A stretch of DNA of 39,909 nucleotides, from the NCBI GenBank assembly GCA_017959985.1, contig JAGCZP010000047.1:1-39909 (forward strand), in the 5' to 3' direction. The stretch comes from Clostridia bacterium. GTDB taxonomy: Bacteria > Bacillota > Clostridia > Oscillospirales > Acutalibacteraceae. This document shows, piece after piece, positions 26,170 through 37,047 of the stretch (position 1 is the stretch's first letter; every line of letters starts with the position of its first letter). Under the pieces are notes generated by a model that had not been told where the DNA came from, did not search any database, and saw only the letters and a program-made list of their open reading frames with translations. The position numbers and the translations under genes were made by a program.

Positions 26170-26985
26170 TTACAACACTGGTGGGACTACAAACAATGAG
26201 GCAATCAAAAGCCCTACAAATACAGTCATCACAGCAATAGCAGAATAGTCTCTACCTTGCATTTTCAGTTGTTTCATCCGCGTTCTACCTTCTCCACCGT
26301 GGTAGCAACGGCATTCCATAGCGGTTGCCAATTCATAGGCTCTACGGAAACTCGATACAAACAATGGAATTAAAACTGGAATGAAGGCTTTGATTCGTTG
26401 CGATAATCCTCCGCTCTCCATGTCCGCTCCTCTGGCTTTTTGTGCCGACATAATCTTATCGGTCTCTTCAATAAGGGTGGGAATAAACCGAAGAGCAATG
26501 GTCATCATCATAGCCAGTTCATGCACATGCACATGAAACACTTTCAGCGGAGAGAACACTCGCTCCATTCCATCGGTTAATGCTGTCGGTGTGGTGGTGT
26601 AAGTCATGAGCGAACTTCCCACAATCAAGCAGAGAATACGCACCGCCATAAAACCGGCTTTGTTGAGTCCTCCTGTTGAAATGGTGAAAATCCACCATTT
26701 CCAGAGAATGGTTCCACTTTGCGTATAAAAAACGTTAATAAGCGAAGTAATCAAAATAATAGGAATAATCGGTTTAAAACTCTTTAAAATGGTTTTTCCA
26801 GGGATCTTTGAACAATTGATGGAAAAGAGTACAAACAAGATAACCATCAGTAGACCCGCCCAGCTTTGTGGAATAAACACCGCAATAATGAAAATGAATG
26901 TGTTGATTAGTTTTATTCTGGGATCCATTTTATGCATAACCGATTGACCAGGGAAATATTGTCCTAATGCAATACCATTAATCAT
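26170..26985 (-). CDS. ecfT: Energy-coupling factor transporter transmembrane component EcfT
   Basis: Multi-TM protein with the conserved ARG motif (SAQKARGAD) following two ECF ATPase genes. Start set at the ATGATTAA overlap with the ecfA2 stop (26985). Confidence 0.8.
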   Translation of the reverse strand: MINGIALGQYFPGQSVMHKMDPRIKLINTFIFIIAVFIPQSWAGLLMVILFVLFSINCSKIPGKTILKSFKPIIPIILITSLINVFYTQSGTILWKWWIFTISTGGLNKAGFMAVRILCLIVGSSLMTYTTTPTALTDGMERVFSPLKVFHVHVHELAMMMTIALRFIPTLIEETDKIMSAQKARGADMESGGLSQRIKAFIPVLIPLFVSSFRRAYELATAMECRCYHGGEGRTRMKQLKMQGRDYSAIAVMTVFVGLLIASLFVVPPVL

Positions 26986-27850
26986 GGACGGTCCCTCCCC
27001 TCTGTAAGAAAGGAAGCAAAACATCCGCCGCTTGTTCAATGGTATAGGCGTTTTGTCCTAAATCAAATCCTCGTTTTTTCAGTCCCGTAAAAATCTTGGT
27101 AACCGCCGGTACGGTCAGTCCCATTTGTTCTAGCTTGTCCACTTGGGAGAACACTTCATAGGTCTGTCCATACATGGCGACTTTGCCTTTGTGCATCACC
27201 AAAACTTTTTTGGCGACTTTTGCAATATCTTCCATGCTATGAGAAACAAACAAAACGGTGGAGTTTTGTTCCTCTCGGTAAGCACAAATCTGGTCAAGTA
27301 TTTGGTTTCTGCCCTTAGGGTCTAGTCCTGCCGTAGGTTCATCCAAGATAAAGACTTCTGGTTCCATCGCCATTACACCGGCAATGGCTGCGCGGCGTTT
27401 TTCCCCACCAGACAATTCAAAAGGAGATTTTTGCAATAAATCTTCTTTTAAATGAACAATGGAAGCCGCTTTTTTCACCCGTTGTTCGATTTCATCCTCG
27501 GAAATGCCCATATTTTTCGGACCAAAAGCGATATCTTTATAAACGGTCTCTTCAAATAGCTGGTATTCCGGATACTGAAACACCATTCCCACTTTAAACC
27601 GGATGTCCCGAATTTGTTTAGGATTTGCCCAAATATCGTTTCCATGCAATAAGACCTGTCCGGCTGTTGGTTTTAATAAACCATTTAAGTGCTGAATAAA
27701 GGTGGATTTTCCCGAACCGGTGTGTCCGATAATTCCTACCAAATCTCCCTGTTCAAAGGTAATAGAGACCTCATCTAAGGCTTTTTTCTCAAAGGGGGTT
27801 CCTTCCCCATACACATGGGTTAGACCCTTGGTTTCTAGCAAAGAACTCAT
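26978..27850 (-). CDS. ecfA2: ECF transporter ATPase EcfA2
   Basis: Walker A GHTGSGKST, signature LSGGEKRR, Walker B FILDEPTAGLD. 290 aa. Confidence 0.85.
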   Translation of the reverse strand: MSSLLETKGLTHVYGEGTPFEKKALDEVSITFEQGDLVGIIGHTGSGKSTFIQHLNGLLKPTAGQVLLHGNDIWANPKQIRDIRFKVGMVFQYPEYQLFEETVYKDIAFGPKNMGISEDEIEQRVKKAASIVHLKEDLLQKSPFELSGGEKRRAAIAGVMAMEPEVFILDEPTAGLDPKGRNQILDQICAYREEQNSTVLFVSHSMEDIAKVAKKVLVMHKGKVAMYGQTYEVFSQVDKLEQMGLTVPAVTKIFTGLKKRGFDLGQNAYTIEQAADVLLPFLQRGGTVHD

Positions 27851-28692
27851 TCGGCACGCACCTCCATTCTAGAGGCAAGTGCTTCAATACACTCTTCGGT
27901 TGTTAGAATCCCCTCCGGCAAAGAAATCCCTGCATCCCGCAAGCGGTCGCAAAGTTCCGTCGGTTGCGGAACGTCCAATTCCACCGAGCGAAGCTCTTTC
28001 ACTTTGGAAAACACTTCTTTCGGTGTGCCATCTAACCAAATTTCTCCATCATTCATTACCACCACACGGTCGGCTTTGGCCGCTTCTTCCATATAGTGGG
28101 TAATAAGCACGACGGTCATTCCTTGGTTTTTATTTAAATCCTGAATGGTATCTAAAACTTCTTTTCTGCCTTGCGGATCTAACATAGCGGTTGGTTCATC
28201 CAAAACCAAACAATCCGGTTGCATTGCCAAAATACCGGCAATGGCGACCCGTTGTTTTTGTCCACCAGACAACTTATGGGGAGCGCTATTTTTGTATTCG
28301 TACATTCCTACCACTTTCAGCGCATCATCCACACGCTGACGAATTTCTTGAGGAGGCACTCCTAAGTTTTCTGGTCCAAACGCCACATCTTCTTCCACAA
28401 TAGTGGAGACCAGTTGGTTATCGGGGTTTTGTAACACAAGACCAACCGTTTTCCGGATATCAAAAGCTTTTTCTTCCTCTTTGGTATCCATAGATTCCAC
28501 CAAAACGGTGCCTCCCGTAGGAAGCAACATAGCATTAAAATGTTTGGCAAGGGTGGATTTTCCGCACCCGTTATGGCCAAGAAGCGCAACAAAGCTACCA
28601 CGTTCGATTGTTAAATTGATATCTTTTAAAACAACAATCGGTGGTTCTTCTGGATTACGATATTCAAACGATACATGTTGTGCTTCAATCAT
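27847..28692 (-). CDS. ecfA1: ECF transporter ATPase EcfA1
   Basis: Walker A GHNGCGKST, signature LSGGQKQR, Walker B LVLDEPTAMLD. Start set at ATG 28692 (MIEAQHVSFEY), 14 nt after the upstream stop. Confidence 0.85.
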   Translation of the reverse strand: MIEAQHVSFEYRNPEEPPIVVLKDINLTIERGSFVALLGHNGCGKSTLAKHFNAMLLPTGGTVLVESMDTKEEEKAFDIRKTVGLVLQNPDNQLVSTIVEEDVAFGPENLGVPPQEIRQRVDDALKVVGMYEYKNSAPHKLSGGQKQRVAIAGILAMQPDCLVLDEPTAMLDPQGRKEVLDTIQDLNKNQGMTVVLITHYMEEAAKADRVVVMNDGEIWLDGTPKEVFSKVKELRSVELDVPQPTELCDRLRDAGISLPEGILTTEECIEALASRMEVRAE

Positions 28693-28706
28693 GTTCTTTA
28701 TATCCT

Positions 28707-29567
28707 TTACGTTTTCGCCGTCCAAATTGCTGAAGCGCCACAAGGTAATACCATATGGCTCTCCGAAACAGGAAGGCCGATTTCTTCTGCGAGCACGTCA
28801 CCTTTTGGTAAGATGGTGCTCATAATATATTGCATAATGGTTGGAGACAATCCCGTTGTATAGAAGTTCACAACCATAAATAGCGGATCTTCGGATAACA
28901 GTTTGGCGCATTCCTCAATGAAAGAATAAATTTGATCTTCAAACTTCCAAACTTCTCCGTTGGGACCTCTTCCATAAGAAGGAGGATCCATAATAATGGC
29001 ATCATAGTGATTGCCACGTCGTTGTTCTCGTAACACAAACTTTAAGCAATCGTCCACAAGCCAGCGCATGGGTTTATCGGCCAGCCCGGAAGCAACGGCA
29101 TTTTCTTTTCCCCATTGCACCATACCCTTTGCCGCATCCACATGTGTAACATGAGCACCTGCTTTTACGCAAGCTAAAGTAGCGGCTCCTGTGTACCCAA
29201 AAAGATTTAACACCTTAATGGGACGATTGGCTTCTTGTATGGTTTTGCTCATCCAATCCCAGTTAACCGCTTGCTCTGGAAAAATACCGGTATGCTTAAA
29301 TCCCATCGGCTTTAAGTTAAACCGTAAATCTCCATACGCAATTTGCCAAGAATCTGGAATCGGCTTATACGTCTCCCAGTGGCCGCCTCCCGACGCCGAA
29401 CGAAAGTATCTTGCGTGAGCTGACTTCCAACCCGGATGAGTTTTGGGTGTCTCCCACAACACTTGTGGGTCTGGACGAATTAAAAGAATATCTCCCCAAC
29501 GCTCTAAACGTTCTTTTCCAGAGGCATCTAATAATTCGTAATCCTTCCAATTGGATGCGATACGCAT
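28707..29567 (-). CDS. Class I SAM-dependent methyltransferase (RlmI/YwbD-like, probable rRNA methyltransferase)
   Basis: LNLFGYTGAATLACVKAGA (SAM motif I) and IIMDPPSYGRG (motif IV-like). Start set at ATG 29567 (MRIASNW) with a perfect AAGGAG RBS. Confidence 0.6.
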   Translation of the reverse strand: MRIASNWKDYELLDASGKERLERWGDILLIRPDPQVLWETPKTHPGWKSAHARYFRSASGGGHWETYKPIPDSWQIAYGDLRFNLKPMGFKHTGIFPEQAVNWDWMSKTIQEANRPIKVLNLFGYTGAATLACVKAGAHVTHVDAAKGMVQWGKENAVASGLADKPMRWLVDDCLKFVLREQRRGNHYDAIIMDPPSYGRGPNGEVWKFEDQIYSFIEECAKLLSEDPLFMVVNFYTTGLSPTIMQYIMSTILPKGDVLAEEIGLPVSESHMVLPCGASAIWTAKT

Positions 29568-29577
29568 ACAAATCTCC

Positions 29578-30648
29578 TTACAGTAACGATTGCTGGCCTG
29601 GTTGTGCAATGCCTAAATGCTTATACGCTGCCGGCAACACAAGACGACCGCGCGGTGTACGACTCAAAAATCCAATCTGCATCAGATATGGTTCGTACAC
29701 ATCTTCAATGGTAACGGATTCTTCTCCAATCATGGCAGCAATAGTTTCTAGTCCTACCGGACCGCCACCATAATATTCAATCATGGCCTTTAGCATTCTT
29801 CTATCCGTCTTATCCAGTCCCAATTCGTCAATTTCCAAACGAGTTAGAGACTCTTTGGCAGTTTTCTCATCAATCATGCCGTTATTCATCATTTGGGCGA
29901 AATCACGAACCCGTTTTAACAAACGGTTGGCAATACGAGGAGTTCCCCGACTGCGTGTGGCTAACTCTAATGCTCCCCCATGGGAACAGGAAATTCCTAA
30001 AATACGCGCACTACGTTCAACAATTTGAGATAACTCTTCGGCGGTATACAATTCTAAGCGAAGTACCACACCAAAACGATCCCGCAACGGTGCCGACAAC
30101 TGTCCTGCCCGGGTGGTTGCCCCAACGAGTGTAAAATGGTCTAGCGGTAAGTGAATAGCTTGTGCACCGGCTCCTTTTCCATTCATGATATCAATGGAAA
30201 AATCTTCCATGGCCGGATACAAGATTTCTTCGACCGTTCGCGGCAAACGATGAATTTCATCAATAAAAAGCACATCATTGGGCTCTAGACTGGTCAAAAG
30301 AGCCGCCAAATCCCCTGGACGCTCTAATGCCGGACCAGAAGTAATACGGAAATTCACCCCAAGTTCTCGAGCAATAATCTGTGCTAGTGTGGTTTTACCA
30401 AGACCAGGAGGGCCATACAAGAGCACATGATCTAAGCTCTCGCCTCTTTGCTTCGCTGCTTGAATGTACACCGACAAGTTTTCTTTGTTTTTTTCTTGTC
30501 CAATATATTCTGACAACGTTTGCGGGCGAAGAGGGTTTTCCCATTCATCTTCTTCATGATAATCCGCCGAGACCATGCGATCTTCTAAATCCATCGTACT
30601 CGGTTCATTTTGACTGAAATATTCATTGTTTTCCCAAGATACATCCAT
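29578..30648 (-). CDS. ruvB: Holliday junction branch-migration helicase RuvB
   Basis: [12 protein letters not shown], Walker [20 protein letters not shown], and a C-terminal winged helix. 356 aa. Confidence 0.92.
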   Translation of the reverse strand: MDVSWENNEYFSQNEPSTMDLEDRMVSADYHEEDEWENPLRPQTLSEYIGQEKNKENLSVYIQAAKQRGESLDHVLLYGPPGLGKTTLAQIIARELGVNFRITSGPALERPGDLAALLTSLEPNDVLFIDEIHRLPRTVEEILYPAMEDFSIDIMNGKGAGAQAIHLPLDHFTLVGATTRAGQLSAPLRDRFGVVLRLELYTAEELSQIVERSARILGISCSHGGALELATRSRGTPRIANRLLKRVRDFAQMMNNGMIDEKTAKESLTRLEIDELGLDKTDRRMLKAMIEYYGGGPVGLETIAAMIGEESVTIEDVYEPYLMQIGFLSRTPRGRLVLPAAYKHLGIAQPGQQSLL

Positions 30649-30668
30649 GAAAACTTTCTCCTACCTTC

Positions 30669-31256
30669 TTATTTAGCAAGATTTTTCAGTGCTTCTTTCA
30701 CTAAAACTTCTACCGATAAACTGCTATCCAGCTTAGCGACCACCGCCGAGGACTCGCTAACGGAGAAGCCCAGTACATTCAACGCTTTTACCGCCGCTTC
30801 CGCGTTTCCGGAAACAGAAGCCACCCCACTGGTAACACCCACATCCGGTGTAAAGGTTTTATACTTGTCTTTTAGTTCTAATACAATCCGTTGTGCCACT
30901 TTTGGACCGACTCCTTGCGCCGCTGTTAACGCTTTAAAATCGCCTGTGACAACGGCTGTAGCAACTTTTTCCGGAGACAAAACCGATAAAATCGCATTTC
31001 CCGCTTTCGGTCCCACACCCGAGATGGAGGTCAATAGCTTATAGCAGTTTAATTCTTCCTTTTCCGCAAAACCATAAATCTCAATAGCATCCTCACGGAC
31101 ATTTAACATGGTATATAAGAAGACTTCTTCCCCTATGGCAGGCATCCGTTTGGCGGTGTTCATGGTAATTTGGCAATTAAAGCCAACCCCACCACATTCC
31201 ACAACGGCTACATGGGGATCCAAATAGGTTAATTTTCCACGTACAGAATAAATCAC
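30669..31256 (-). CDS. ruvA: Holliday junction DNA-binding protein RuvA
   Basis: GTG start with RBS AAGGAGA. MIYSVRGKL, tandem HhH motifs (ISGVGPKAG, AQGVGPKVAQRI). 195 aa. Confidence 0.9.
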   Translation of the reverse strand: MIYSVRGKLTYLDPHVAVVECGGVGFNCQITMNTAKRMPAIGEEVFLYTMLNVREDAIEIYGFAEKEELNCYKLLTSISGVGPKAGNAILSVLSPEKVATAVVTGDFKALTAAQGVGPKVAQRIVLELKDKYKTFTPDVGVTSGVASVSGNAEAAVKALNVLGFSVSESSAVVAKLDSSLSVEVLVKEALKNLAK

Positions 31257-31272
31257 TGTCGTCTCTCCTTAT

Positions 31273-31791
31273 TTATCCTAATATCTTTTGCTTTTGCACG
31301 GTTCCTCTTGTTTGTGCATGGCATATTGCAATGGCTAAGGCATCGGCCGTATCGTCTGGTTTTGGTACCGATTCGAGTCCCAGACGTCTTCTGGTCATTT
31401 CCATTACTTGGGCTTTTTCCGCTTTTCCAAATCCTGTCACCGAGCTTTTTACTTGCAAGGGGGTGTATTCGTATAGTGGAATAGCTTTTTTCTTTAAGGC
31501 CAGCAACAAGACACCTCTGGCTTCGGCCACATCAATGGCAGTTTTTTGGTTATTTTTAAAATATAGCTTTTCCACAGCCGCCGCTTCTGGGTGATACCGG
31601 TCAATGAGGGCAAGAAAATCTTCATAGATTTTACAAAGCCTCTCCGAAAAGTCCATTTCGGCAGGTGTTTGTACAGATCCAAAGGCTAACGGTTTCACTT
31701 TTCCGTGTTCGGAGAGAATCAGTCCCCATCCCACAATAGCATAGCCAGGATCAATCCCTAAAATAACGATTATCACCCACCTCTTTTCCAT
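31273..31791 (-). CDS. ruvC: Crossover junction endodeoxyribonuclease RuvC
   Basis: ILGIDPGYAIVGWG catalytic Asp motif and C-terminal DDTADALAIAICH. The exact start is uncertain: ATG 31791 lacks an RBS, and AGAGGTGG lies just inside the ORF. Confidence 0.85.
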   Translation of the reverse strand: MEKRWVIIVILGIDPGYAIVGWGLILSEHGKVKPLAFGSVQTPAEMDFSERLCKIYEDFLALIDRYHPEAAAVEKLYFKNNQKTAIDVAEARGVLLLALKKKAIPLYEYTPLQVKSSVTGFGKAEKAQVMEMTRRRLGLESVPKPDDTADALAIAICHAQTRGTVQKQKILG

Positions 31792-31838
31792 GTAAAAACT
31801 ACATACCTATACAGATAAAAGTATACCATAATTATGGA

Positions 31839-31847
31839 ATTATAGCA
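31839..31847 (-). promoter_or_regulatory. Possible extended -10 promoter (TGCTATAAT) upstream of ruvC
   Basis: TATAAT at 31839-31844 preceded by TGC. The nearest -35-like TTGAAA (31865-31870) is 20 nt away, which is too far for a canonical spacing. Confidence 0.35.
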
Positions 31848-31882
31848 AACCTTCTTTTCGCCCTTTTCAAGGTTTTTCGGGC

Positions 31883-31910
31883 AAAAAAATAAGCGAGCAA
31901 ATGCTCGCTT
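31883..31910 (-). terminator. Intrinsic terminator after the DUF3048-like gene
   Basis: Stem AAGCGAGCA / TGCTCGCTT (31891-31899 / 31902-31910) followed by a 7-T run (31883-31889) on the minus strand. Confidence 0.75.
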
Positions 31911-31924
31911 ATTTTGTATTCTTT

Positions 31925-32974
31925 TTATTCGAAAGAAGTATCGCCACGATAGGCACTGTTTACAATACAAATGTAGCTCTTACCAGTGGCAACGGTTAAA
32001 TCTTTTCCGTCTTCCTCTTTAAAAGAAACGCCGTCATTGGTAATGCTGTATTTAATATTGCGATAGGTGCCGCCAGAGATTACATAACCGGTACCATCTT
32101 CCATGGCAAAGTCACAGGTCTTTTTGTTTTCCATCGACTTTCTCGCATAGCACACAATAATGTTGCTAACATCCAGCGATGCACCACTATCCGAGACGTG
32201 TTTTTCCCAGATACCGTCGGCACCAACCCAGTTCCATTTAGTATATTGTTTTGTCTTCTCATTGTACTCAAATTTAATGGTTTGGTAGCCAGAGAATTGA
32301 ATGGTTGCTTTTTTCGCTGGATTATCCCCTTTCTTGTTTCCAAAGACAAAGGGTGATTTCACATCACGGTCTTTATCATAACCATACCGATCAAAAGCCG
32401 CAATGACTTCTTCCCGACCGGTCATCATACTATATTCGGTTCCTTTAGAATATAAGAGAGATTTATCACGCCAGAAAGCGGTAGAATCAGAACAGCCATC
32501 TAAATCGGCCAATCTTAAAGAACGAATCTTAGCTTTACCGGTCACACTACCACCGGCATGGCAATACACCACACCGAGCGAATAAGCCACTTTTACCGAG
32601 GGCGTACGAGCACTACGGCAAGGGCCAATCTTATCAGGCAAACGGTCCGCATTGGCAAAAATGGTTAGAAAACGAGTAATACCGCCTTCTGTCTCGATTT
32701 CAATATACATATCGGCTTTTTCTAAACCGACTTGTGGACGAGATTTCCAGTTATTACCAAGCACAACACCGATAGGACGTGTATGGCTAGATTTATCAAT
32801 ATCATATTCTCCCGTATAGGGGTTTTGTAGATAGGGATTGGTGGTCGTTGTGGTTTGTTTCATGGTTGTGGTGGTAGGAGTAGGTTGTGTTTCTTCTTCC
32901 TTTTTACCACAGCCGGAGAAGCAACACAAAACAAGTGCCAAGACGGTGATAAAAAGTAATGCTTTTTTCATCAT
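31925..32974 (-). CDS. DUF3048-type (YerB-like) lipoprotein
   Basis: MMKKALLFITVLALVLCCFSGC lipobox, a Thr-rich linker, then PIGVVLGNNWKSRPQVGLEKADMYIEIETEGGITRF, which resembles the DUF3048 family. Start set at ATG 32974 (RBS AAGGATGG). Confidence 0.65.
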   Translation of the reverse strand: MMKKALLFITVLALVLCCFSGCGKKEEETQPTPTTTTMKQTTTTTNPYLQNPYTGEYDIDKSSHTRPIGVVLGNNWKSRPQVGLEKADMYIEIETEGGITRFLTIFANADRLPDKIGPCRSARTPSVKVAYSLGVVYCHAGGSVTGKAKIRSLRLADLDGCSDSTAFWRDKSLLYSKGTEYSMMTGREEVIAAFDRYGYDKDRDVKSPFVFGNKKGDNPAKKATIQFSGYQTIKFEYNEKTKQYTKWNWVGADGIWEKHVSDSGASLDVSNIIVCYARKSMENKKTCDFAMEDGTGYVISGGTYRNIKYSITNDGVSFKEEDGKDLTVATGKSYICIVNSAYRGDTSFE

Positions 32975-33009
32975 TCTTAATCCATCCTTGTATAACAAAG
33001 TGCACATTT

Positions 33010-33038
33010 ATTATACACAAAAAAGCGCCAAATATCAA
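33010..33038 (-). promoter_or_regulatory. Promoter TTGATA - 17 nt - TATAAT for the DUF3048-like gene
   Basis: -35 at 33033-33038 and -10 at 33010-33015 on the minus strand. Confidence 0.55.
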
Positions 33039-33084
33039 TATATTGTGGTGTTTATTTCAAAATTGTAATAATCCATACAAGAAA

Positions 33085-33120
33085 GCAAAAAAACAAGCAG
33101 TATCATTTCTGATACTGCTT
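33085..33120 (-). terminator. Intrinsic terminator of the str/tuf operon
   Basis: Stem AAGCAGTATCA / TGATACTGCTT (33095-33105 / 33110-33120), 4-nt loop, 7-T run (33087-33093) on the minus strand. It lies 22 nt after the tuf stop. Confidence 0.8.
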
Positions 33121-33141
33121 ATTCTAATAATCAACTAAGAA

Positions 33142-34344
33142 TTAGCCATTGATAGCGGTAACAACACCGGAACCAACAGTACGTCCGCCTTCACGGATAG
33201 CGAAACGAAGACCTTCTTCGATAGCGATTGGGGTGATCAATTCAACGTCCATTTCGACGTTGTCACCAGGCATGCACATCTCGGTGCCAGCTGGCAAGGA
33301 GATAACACCGGTAACGTCGGTGGTACGGAAATAGAATTGAGGACGATAGTTGTTGAAGAATGGGGTGTGACGTCCGCCTTCATCCTTAGAAAGGACATAA
33401 ACTTGACCATGGAATTTGGTGTGTGGATTGATGGAACCTGGTTTGCAGAGAACTTGTCCACGTTCGACTTCTTCACGGCCTACACCACGGAGAAGAGCAC
33501 CAACGTTGTCGCCAGCCTCGCAATAATCGAGGGTCTTGCGGAACATTTCCATAGAAGTAACAACTGTTTTGGCTTTTTCGTCTTTCAAACCAACAATTTC
33601 AACTTCTTCGCCAGCTTTAAGAGAACCACGTTCGACACGGCCGGTAACAACAGTACCACGACCGGAAATGGTCATAACGTCTTCGATTGGCATTAAGAAA
33701 GGAAGATCAGCTTTACGCTCTGGGGTTGGGATGTATTCATCAACAGCGTTCATGAGCTCAATGATTGGAGCATAAACAGGATCGTTGATGTCGGTGGAAC
33801 TGCTTTCCAAAACTTGTAAAGCAGAACCTTTGATGATAGGAGTATCATCGCCTGGGAATTCATAGCTGTTCAAAGTCTCACGAACTTCCATTTCGACGAG
33901 TTAGAGAAGCTCTGGATCGTCCATTTGATCGCATTTGTTTAAGAAAACAACGATGTATGGAACGTTAACCTGACGAGCGAGAAGTAAGTGCTCTTTGGTT
34001 TGGGCCATAGGACCATCGGTAGCAGCGATAACGAGGATAGCACCGTCCATTTGGGCAGCCCCGGTAATCATATTTTTGATATAGTCGGCGTGGCCTGGGC
34101 AGTCAACGTGAGCATAGTGACGTTTTTCAGTCTCATACTCAACGTGAGCGGTATTAATTGTAATACCACGCTCTCTCTCTTCAGGAGCCTTATCGATGTT
34201 TGCATAATCGGTGAATTCAGCACCGCCTTGCATTGCTAACACTTTGGTGATAGCAGCGGTAAGAGTGGTTTTACCATGGTCAACGTGGCCAATGGTACCA
34301 ATGTTTACGTGTGGTTTGTTTCTTTCAAATTTTGCTTTTGCCAT
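33142..34344 (-). pseudogene. tuf: Elongation factor Tu gene, full length (400 codons) but interrupted as sequenced by a single in-frame TAA at 33901-33903. Track fragments are 33901..34344 and 33142..33891.
   Basis: N-terminal fragment has [18 protein letters not shown] and NKCD. It ends ...DDPELL*, and the same frame continues [28 protein letters not shown]... The stop replaces the Glu of the conserved EELLELVEMEVR segment, so GAA to TAA is one substitution. Confidence 0.85.
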
Positions 34345-34402
34345 TGTAAATTTCCTCCTTATATAGGTAACAGGATTATTATTTTTGCATAATCACAACG
34401 CC

Positions 34403-34431
34403 ATTTTACCAAGTTTTCCTTAGAAAATCAA
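34403..34431 (-). promoter_or_regulatory. Internal promoter upstream of tuf: TTGATT - 17 nt - TAAAAT
   Basis: -35 at 34426-34431 and -10 at 34403-34408, within the 111-nt fusA-tuf spacer. Confidence 0.4.
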
Positions 34432-34455
34432 GTCTTTTTTATAAATCACAAGACC

Positions 34456-36540
34456 TTAATCTTCTTTTTTAGCACGCTTGGAGATAATGGCCTCCGAAAC
34501 ACTCTTCGGAAGTTCTTTGTAGTGGCTTGGTTCCATAACATATTGGCCACGGCCTTGTGTTTTAGAACGTAAGTCGGTTGCATAACCAAACATTTCAGCC
34601 AACGGGATGCCCGCACGGATTTGTTGGGCACCAGAGACAGCATCCATACCTTGCATTTCGCCACGACGAGAGTTGATATCACCGATAACATCACCGGTGT
34701 ACTCGTCCGGAACGGTAACGGATACTTTCATGATGGGTTCCATCAAAACAGGATCAGCTTTGCGCATTGCCTCTTTGAAGGCCATGGAGCCGGCAATCTT
34801 AAAGGCCATTTCAGAAGAGTCAACCTCATGGTAAGAACCATCATAGAGGGTAACTTTTACGTCAACGACAGGATAGCCAGCCACGGTACCCGATTGCATA
34901 GCGCCTTGAATACCGGCATCGACAGCAGGAATGTATTCCTTCGGAATCGCACCACCGACGATGGCATTGATAAACTCATAACCTTTTCCTGGTTCGTTTG
35001 GTTCCAATTTGATTTTAACGTGACCGTAATGACCTTTACCACCAGATTGACGGGCATATTTGGTATCCACATCTGCTAAGCGACGAATGGTCTCTTTATA
35101 AGCAACTTGTGGTGCACCGACATTTGCTTCCACTTTGAATTCACGCAACAAACGGTCAACAATGATTTCCAAGTGAAGTTCGCCCATACCAGCAATAATG
35201 GTTTGGCCAGTTTCTTCATCGGTATAGGTCTTGAAGGTTGGATCTTCTTCGGCAAGTTTTGCCAAAGCGATACCCATCTTCTCTTGACCAGCTTTGGTTT
35301 TTGGTTCGATAGCAACACGAATAACCGGCTCCGGGAATTTCATGGATTCCAAGATAACAGGGTGTTTTTCGTTACACAAAGTATTACCGGTTGTGGTGGA
35401 TTTCAAACCAACAGCAGCTGCAATATCACCAGCATACACTTCGTCAATTTCTTGACGATGGTTGGCGTGCATCTGCAAAATACGACCGATACGTTCGTTT
35501 ACATCTTTGCTTGAGTTGTACACGGTAGAACCAGCTTTTAAGGTTCCGGAGTACACACGGAAGAAGCAAAGTTTACCAACGAATGGGTCTGTAGCAATTT
35601 TAAATGCCAAGGCAGCAAATGGTTCCGAGTCGGAAGAGTGTTTTTCAATCTCTTGATCGTTATCAGGATTGACACCCTTAATAGCAGGAACATCTGTTGG
35701 AGCGGGCATATAATCGACGATAGCATCCAATAACTTTTGAACACCTTTGTTACGGTAAGAAGTACCGCAGCAAACAGGAACCATAGTATTGGCGATGGTA
35801 GACTTACGAATAACACTCTTGATTTCATCAATGGTTAATTCCTCGTCTGCAAAATATTTTTCCATCAAGGCTTCGTCTTGTTCTGCAACGTGTTCTAAGA
35901 GCTCTGCATGGTATTGGTTGGCTTTCTCAATCATGTCCTCTGGGATGGGTTCCTCGCGAACATCTTTTCCCAAATCGTCATAATAGATGTAGGCTTTCAT
36001 TTCGACTAAGTCGATAATACCTTTAAAGAACTGCTCAGCACCAATTGGAAGCTGAATCGGAACAGCATTACATTTTAAACGTTCTTTCATCATGTCCACG
36101 ACACGATAGAAGTCGGCACCCATAATGTCCATTTTGTTGACATAAGCCATACGCGGAACTTTATATTCGTCCGCTTGACGCCAAACGGTTTCGGATTGGG
36201 GTTCGACACCGCCCTTTGCACAAAGAACCGTAACAGAACCATCCAAAACACGAAGGGAACGTTGCACTTCTACAGTAAAGTCAACGTGGCCTGGGGTGTC
36301 GATAATGTTAATACGGTGGTCTTTCCAGAAACAGGTGGTAGCGGCAGAGGTGATGGTAATACCACGCTCTTGCTCTTGCTCCATCCAGTCCATGGTAGCA
36401 GAACCATCGTGTGTTTCACCGATTTTATAGTTAATACCGGTGTAATACAGAATACGTTCTGTAGTTGTCGTTTTACCAGCATCGATGTGAGCCATGATGC
36501 CGATATTACGCGTTTTCTCAAGAGAAACTTTACGAGCCAT
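34456..36540 (-). CDS. fusA: Elongation factor G
   Basis: 694 aa. [27 protein letters not shown]. Typical EF-G length and position after rpsG. Confidence 0.95.
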   Translation of the reverse strand: MARKVSLEKTRNIGIMAHIDAGKTTTTERILYYTGINYKIGETHDGSATMDWMEQEQERGITITSAATTCFWKDHRINIIDTPGHVDFTVEVQRSLRVLDGSVTVLCAKGGVEPQSETVWRQADEYKVPRMAYVNKMDIMGADFYRVVDMMKERLKCNAVPIQLPIGAEQFFKGIIDLVEMKAYIYYDDLGKDVREEPIPEDMIEKANQYHAELLEHVAEQDEALMEKYFADEELTIDEIKSVIRKSTIANTMVPVCCGTSYRNKGVQKLLDAIVDYMPAPTDVPAIKGVNPDNDQEIEKHSSDSEPFAALAFKIATDPFVGKLCFFRVYSGTLKAGSTVYNSSKDVNERIGRILQMHANHRQEIDEVYAGDIAAAVGLKSTTTGNTLCNEKHPVILESMKFPEPVIRVAIEPKTKAGQEKMGIALAKLAEEDPTFKTYTDEETGQTIIAGMGELHLEIIVDRLLREFKVEANVGAPQVAYKETIRRLADVDTKYARQSGGKGHYGHVKIKLEPNEPGKGYEFINAIVGGAIPKEYIPAVDAGIQGAMQSGTVAGYPVVDVKVTLYDGSYHEVDSSEMAFKIAGSMAFKEAMRKADPVLMEPIMKVSVTVPDEYTGDVIGDINSRRGEMQGMDAVSGAQQIRAGIPLAEMFGYATDLRSKTQGRGQYVMEPSHYKELPKSVSEAIISKRAKKED

Positions 36541-36576
36541 TTTGTCCTCCTCTTACTTAAACATACGTTGCCGTAA

Positions 36577-37047
36577 TTACCATCTGAAGTGTGCAAACGC
36601 CTTATTGGCTTCTGCCATCTTGTGGGTATCTTCACGCTTCTTAGCGGCTCCGCCTGTTCCAGCGAGAGCGTCCATAATCTCGTTAGCTAATCTTTCTTTC
36701 ATAGTTTTCTCAGAACGAGCACGAGAATAGGTAGTCAACCAACGAAGTCCAAGAGTCACACGACGATCTGGACGTACGTCAATCGGGACCTGATAAGTAG
36801 CACCACCGACACGGCGGGCTTTTACTTCGAGCAATGGCATGATGTTTTCCATGGATTGCTCAAACACTTCAAGTGCATCTTTGCCTGTTTTTTCAGCGAC
36901 GATGTCAAAAGCATCATAAACGATCTTTTGCGCAACACCGCGCTTACCATCAAGCATAATGTTGTTAATAAGACGGGTCACCAACTTGGAATTGTACATT
37001 GGATCTGGCAACACATCACGTTTCGGAATAGAGCCTCTTCTAGGCAT
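36577..37047 (-). CDS. rpsG: 30S ribosomal protein S7
   Basis: [28 protein letters not shown]... ending HFRW. Start set at ATG 37047 with RBS GGAGGGA. The track start at 37113 is an upstream in-frame extension. Confidence 0.95.
   Translation of the reverse strand: MPRRGSIPKRDVLPDPMYNSKLVTRLINNIMLDGKRGVAQKIVYDAFDIVAEKTGKDALEVFEQSMENIMPLLEVKARRVGGATYQVPIDVRPDRRVTLGLRWLTTYSRARSEKTMKERLANEIMDALAGTGGAAKKREDTHKMAEANKAFAHFRW

Noticed and set aside
31773-31970. A 65-aa minus ORF in the DUF3048-ruvC intergenic region, and a 99-aa ORF at 20693-20992 across the pgsA/clp junction.
   Set aside because: The first covers a terminator hairpin and a promoter. The second overlaps two well-supported genes out of frame. 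Neither has an RBS.
16797-34344. The three in-frame stops (TAA and TAG in the lipoprotein, TAA in tuf) could indicate stop-codon reassignment or an alternative genetic code.
   Set aside because: Every stop codon I checked directly was a standard stop. hydA, hydB, mtnN, ruvC, tuf, fusA and rpoC end at TAA, and the PHP and GntR genes end at TGA. These stops sit in the expected register with the next gene's RBS or a terminator, and the 2012-codon giant ORF contains none. Reassignment would fuse genes throughout the window.
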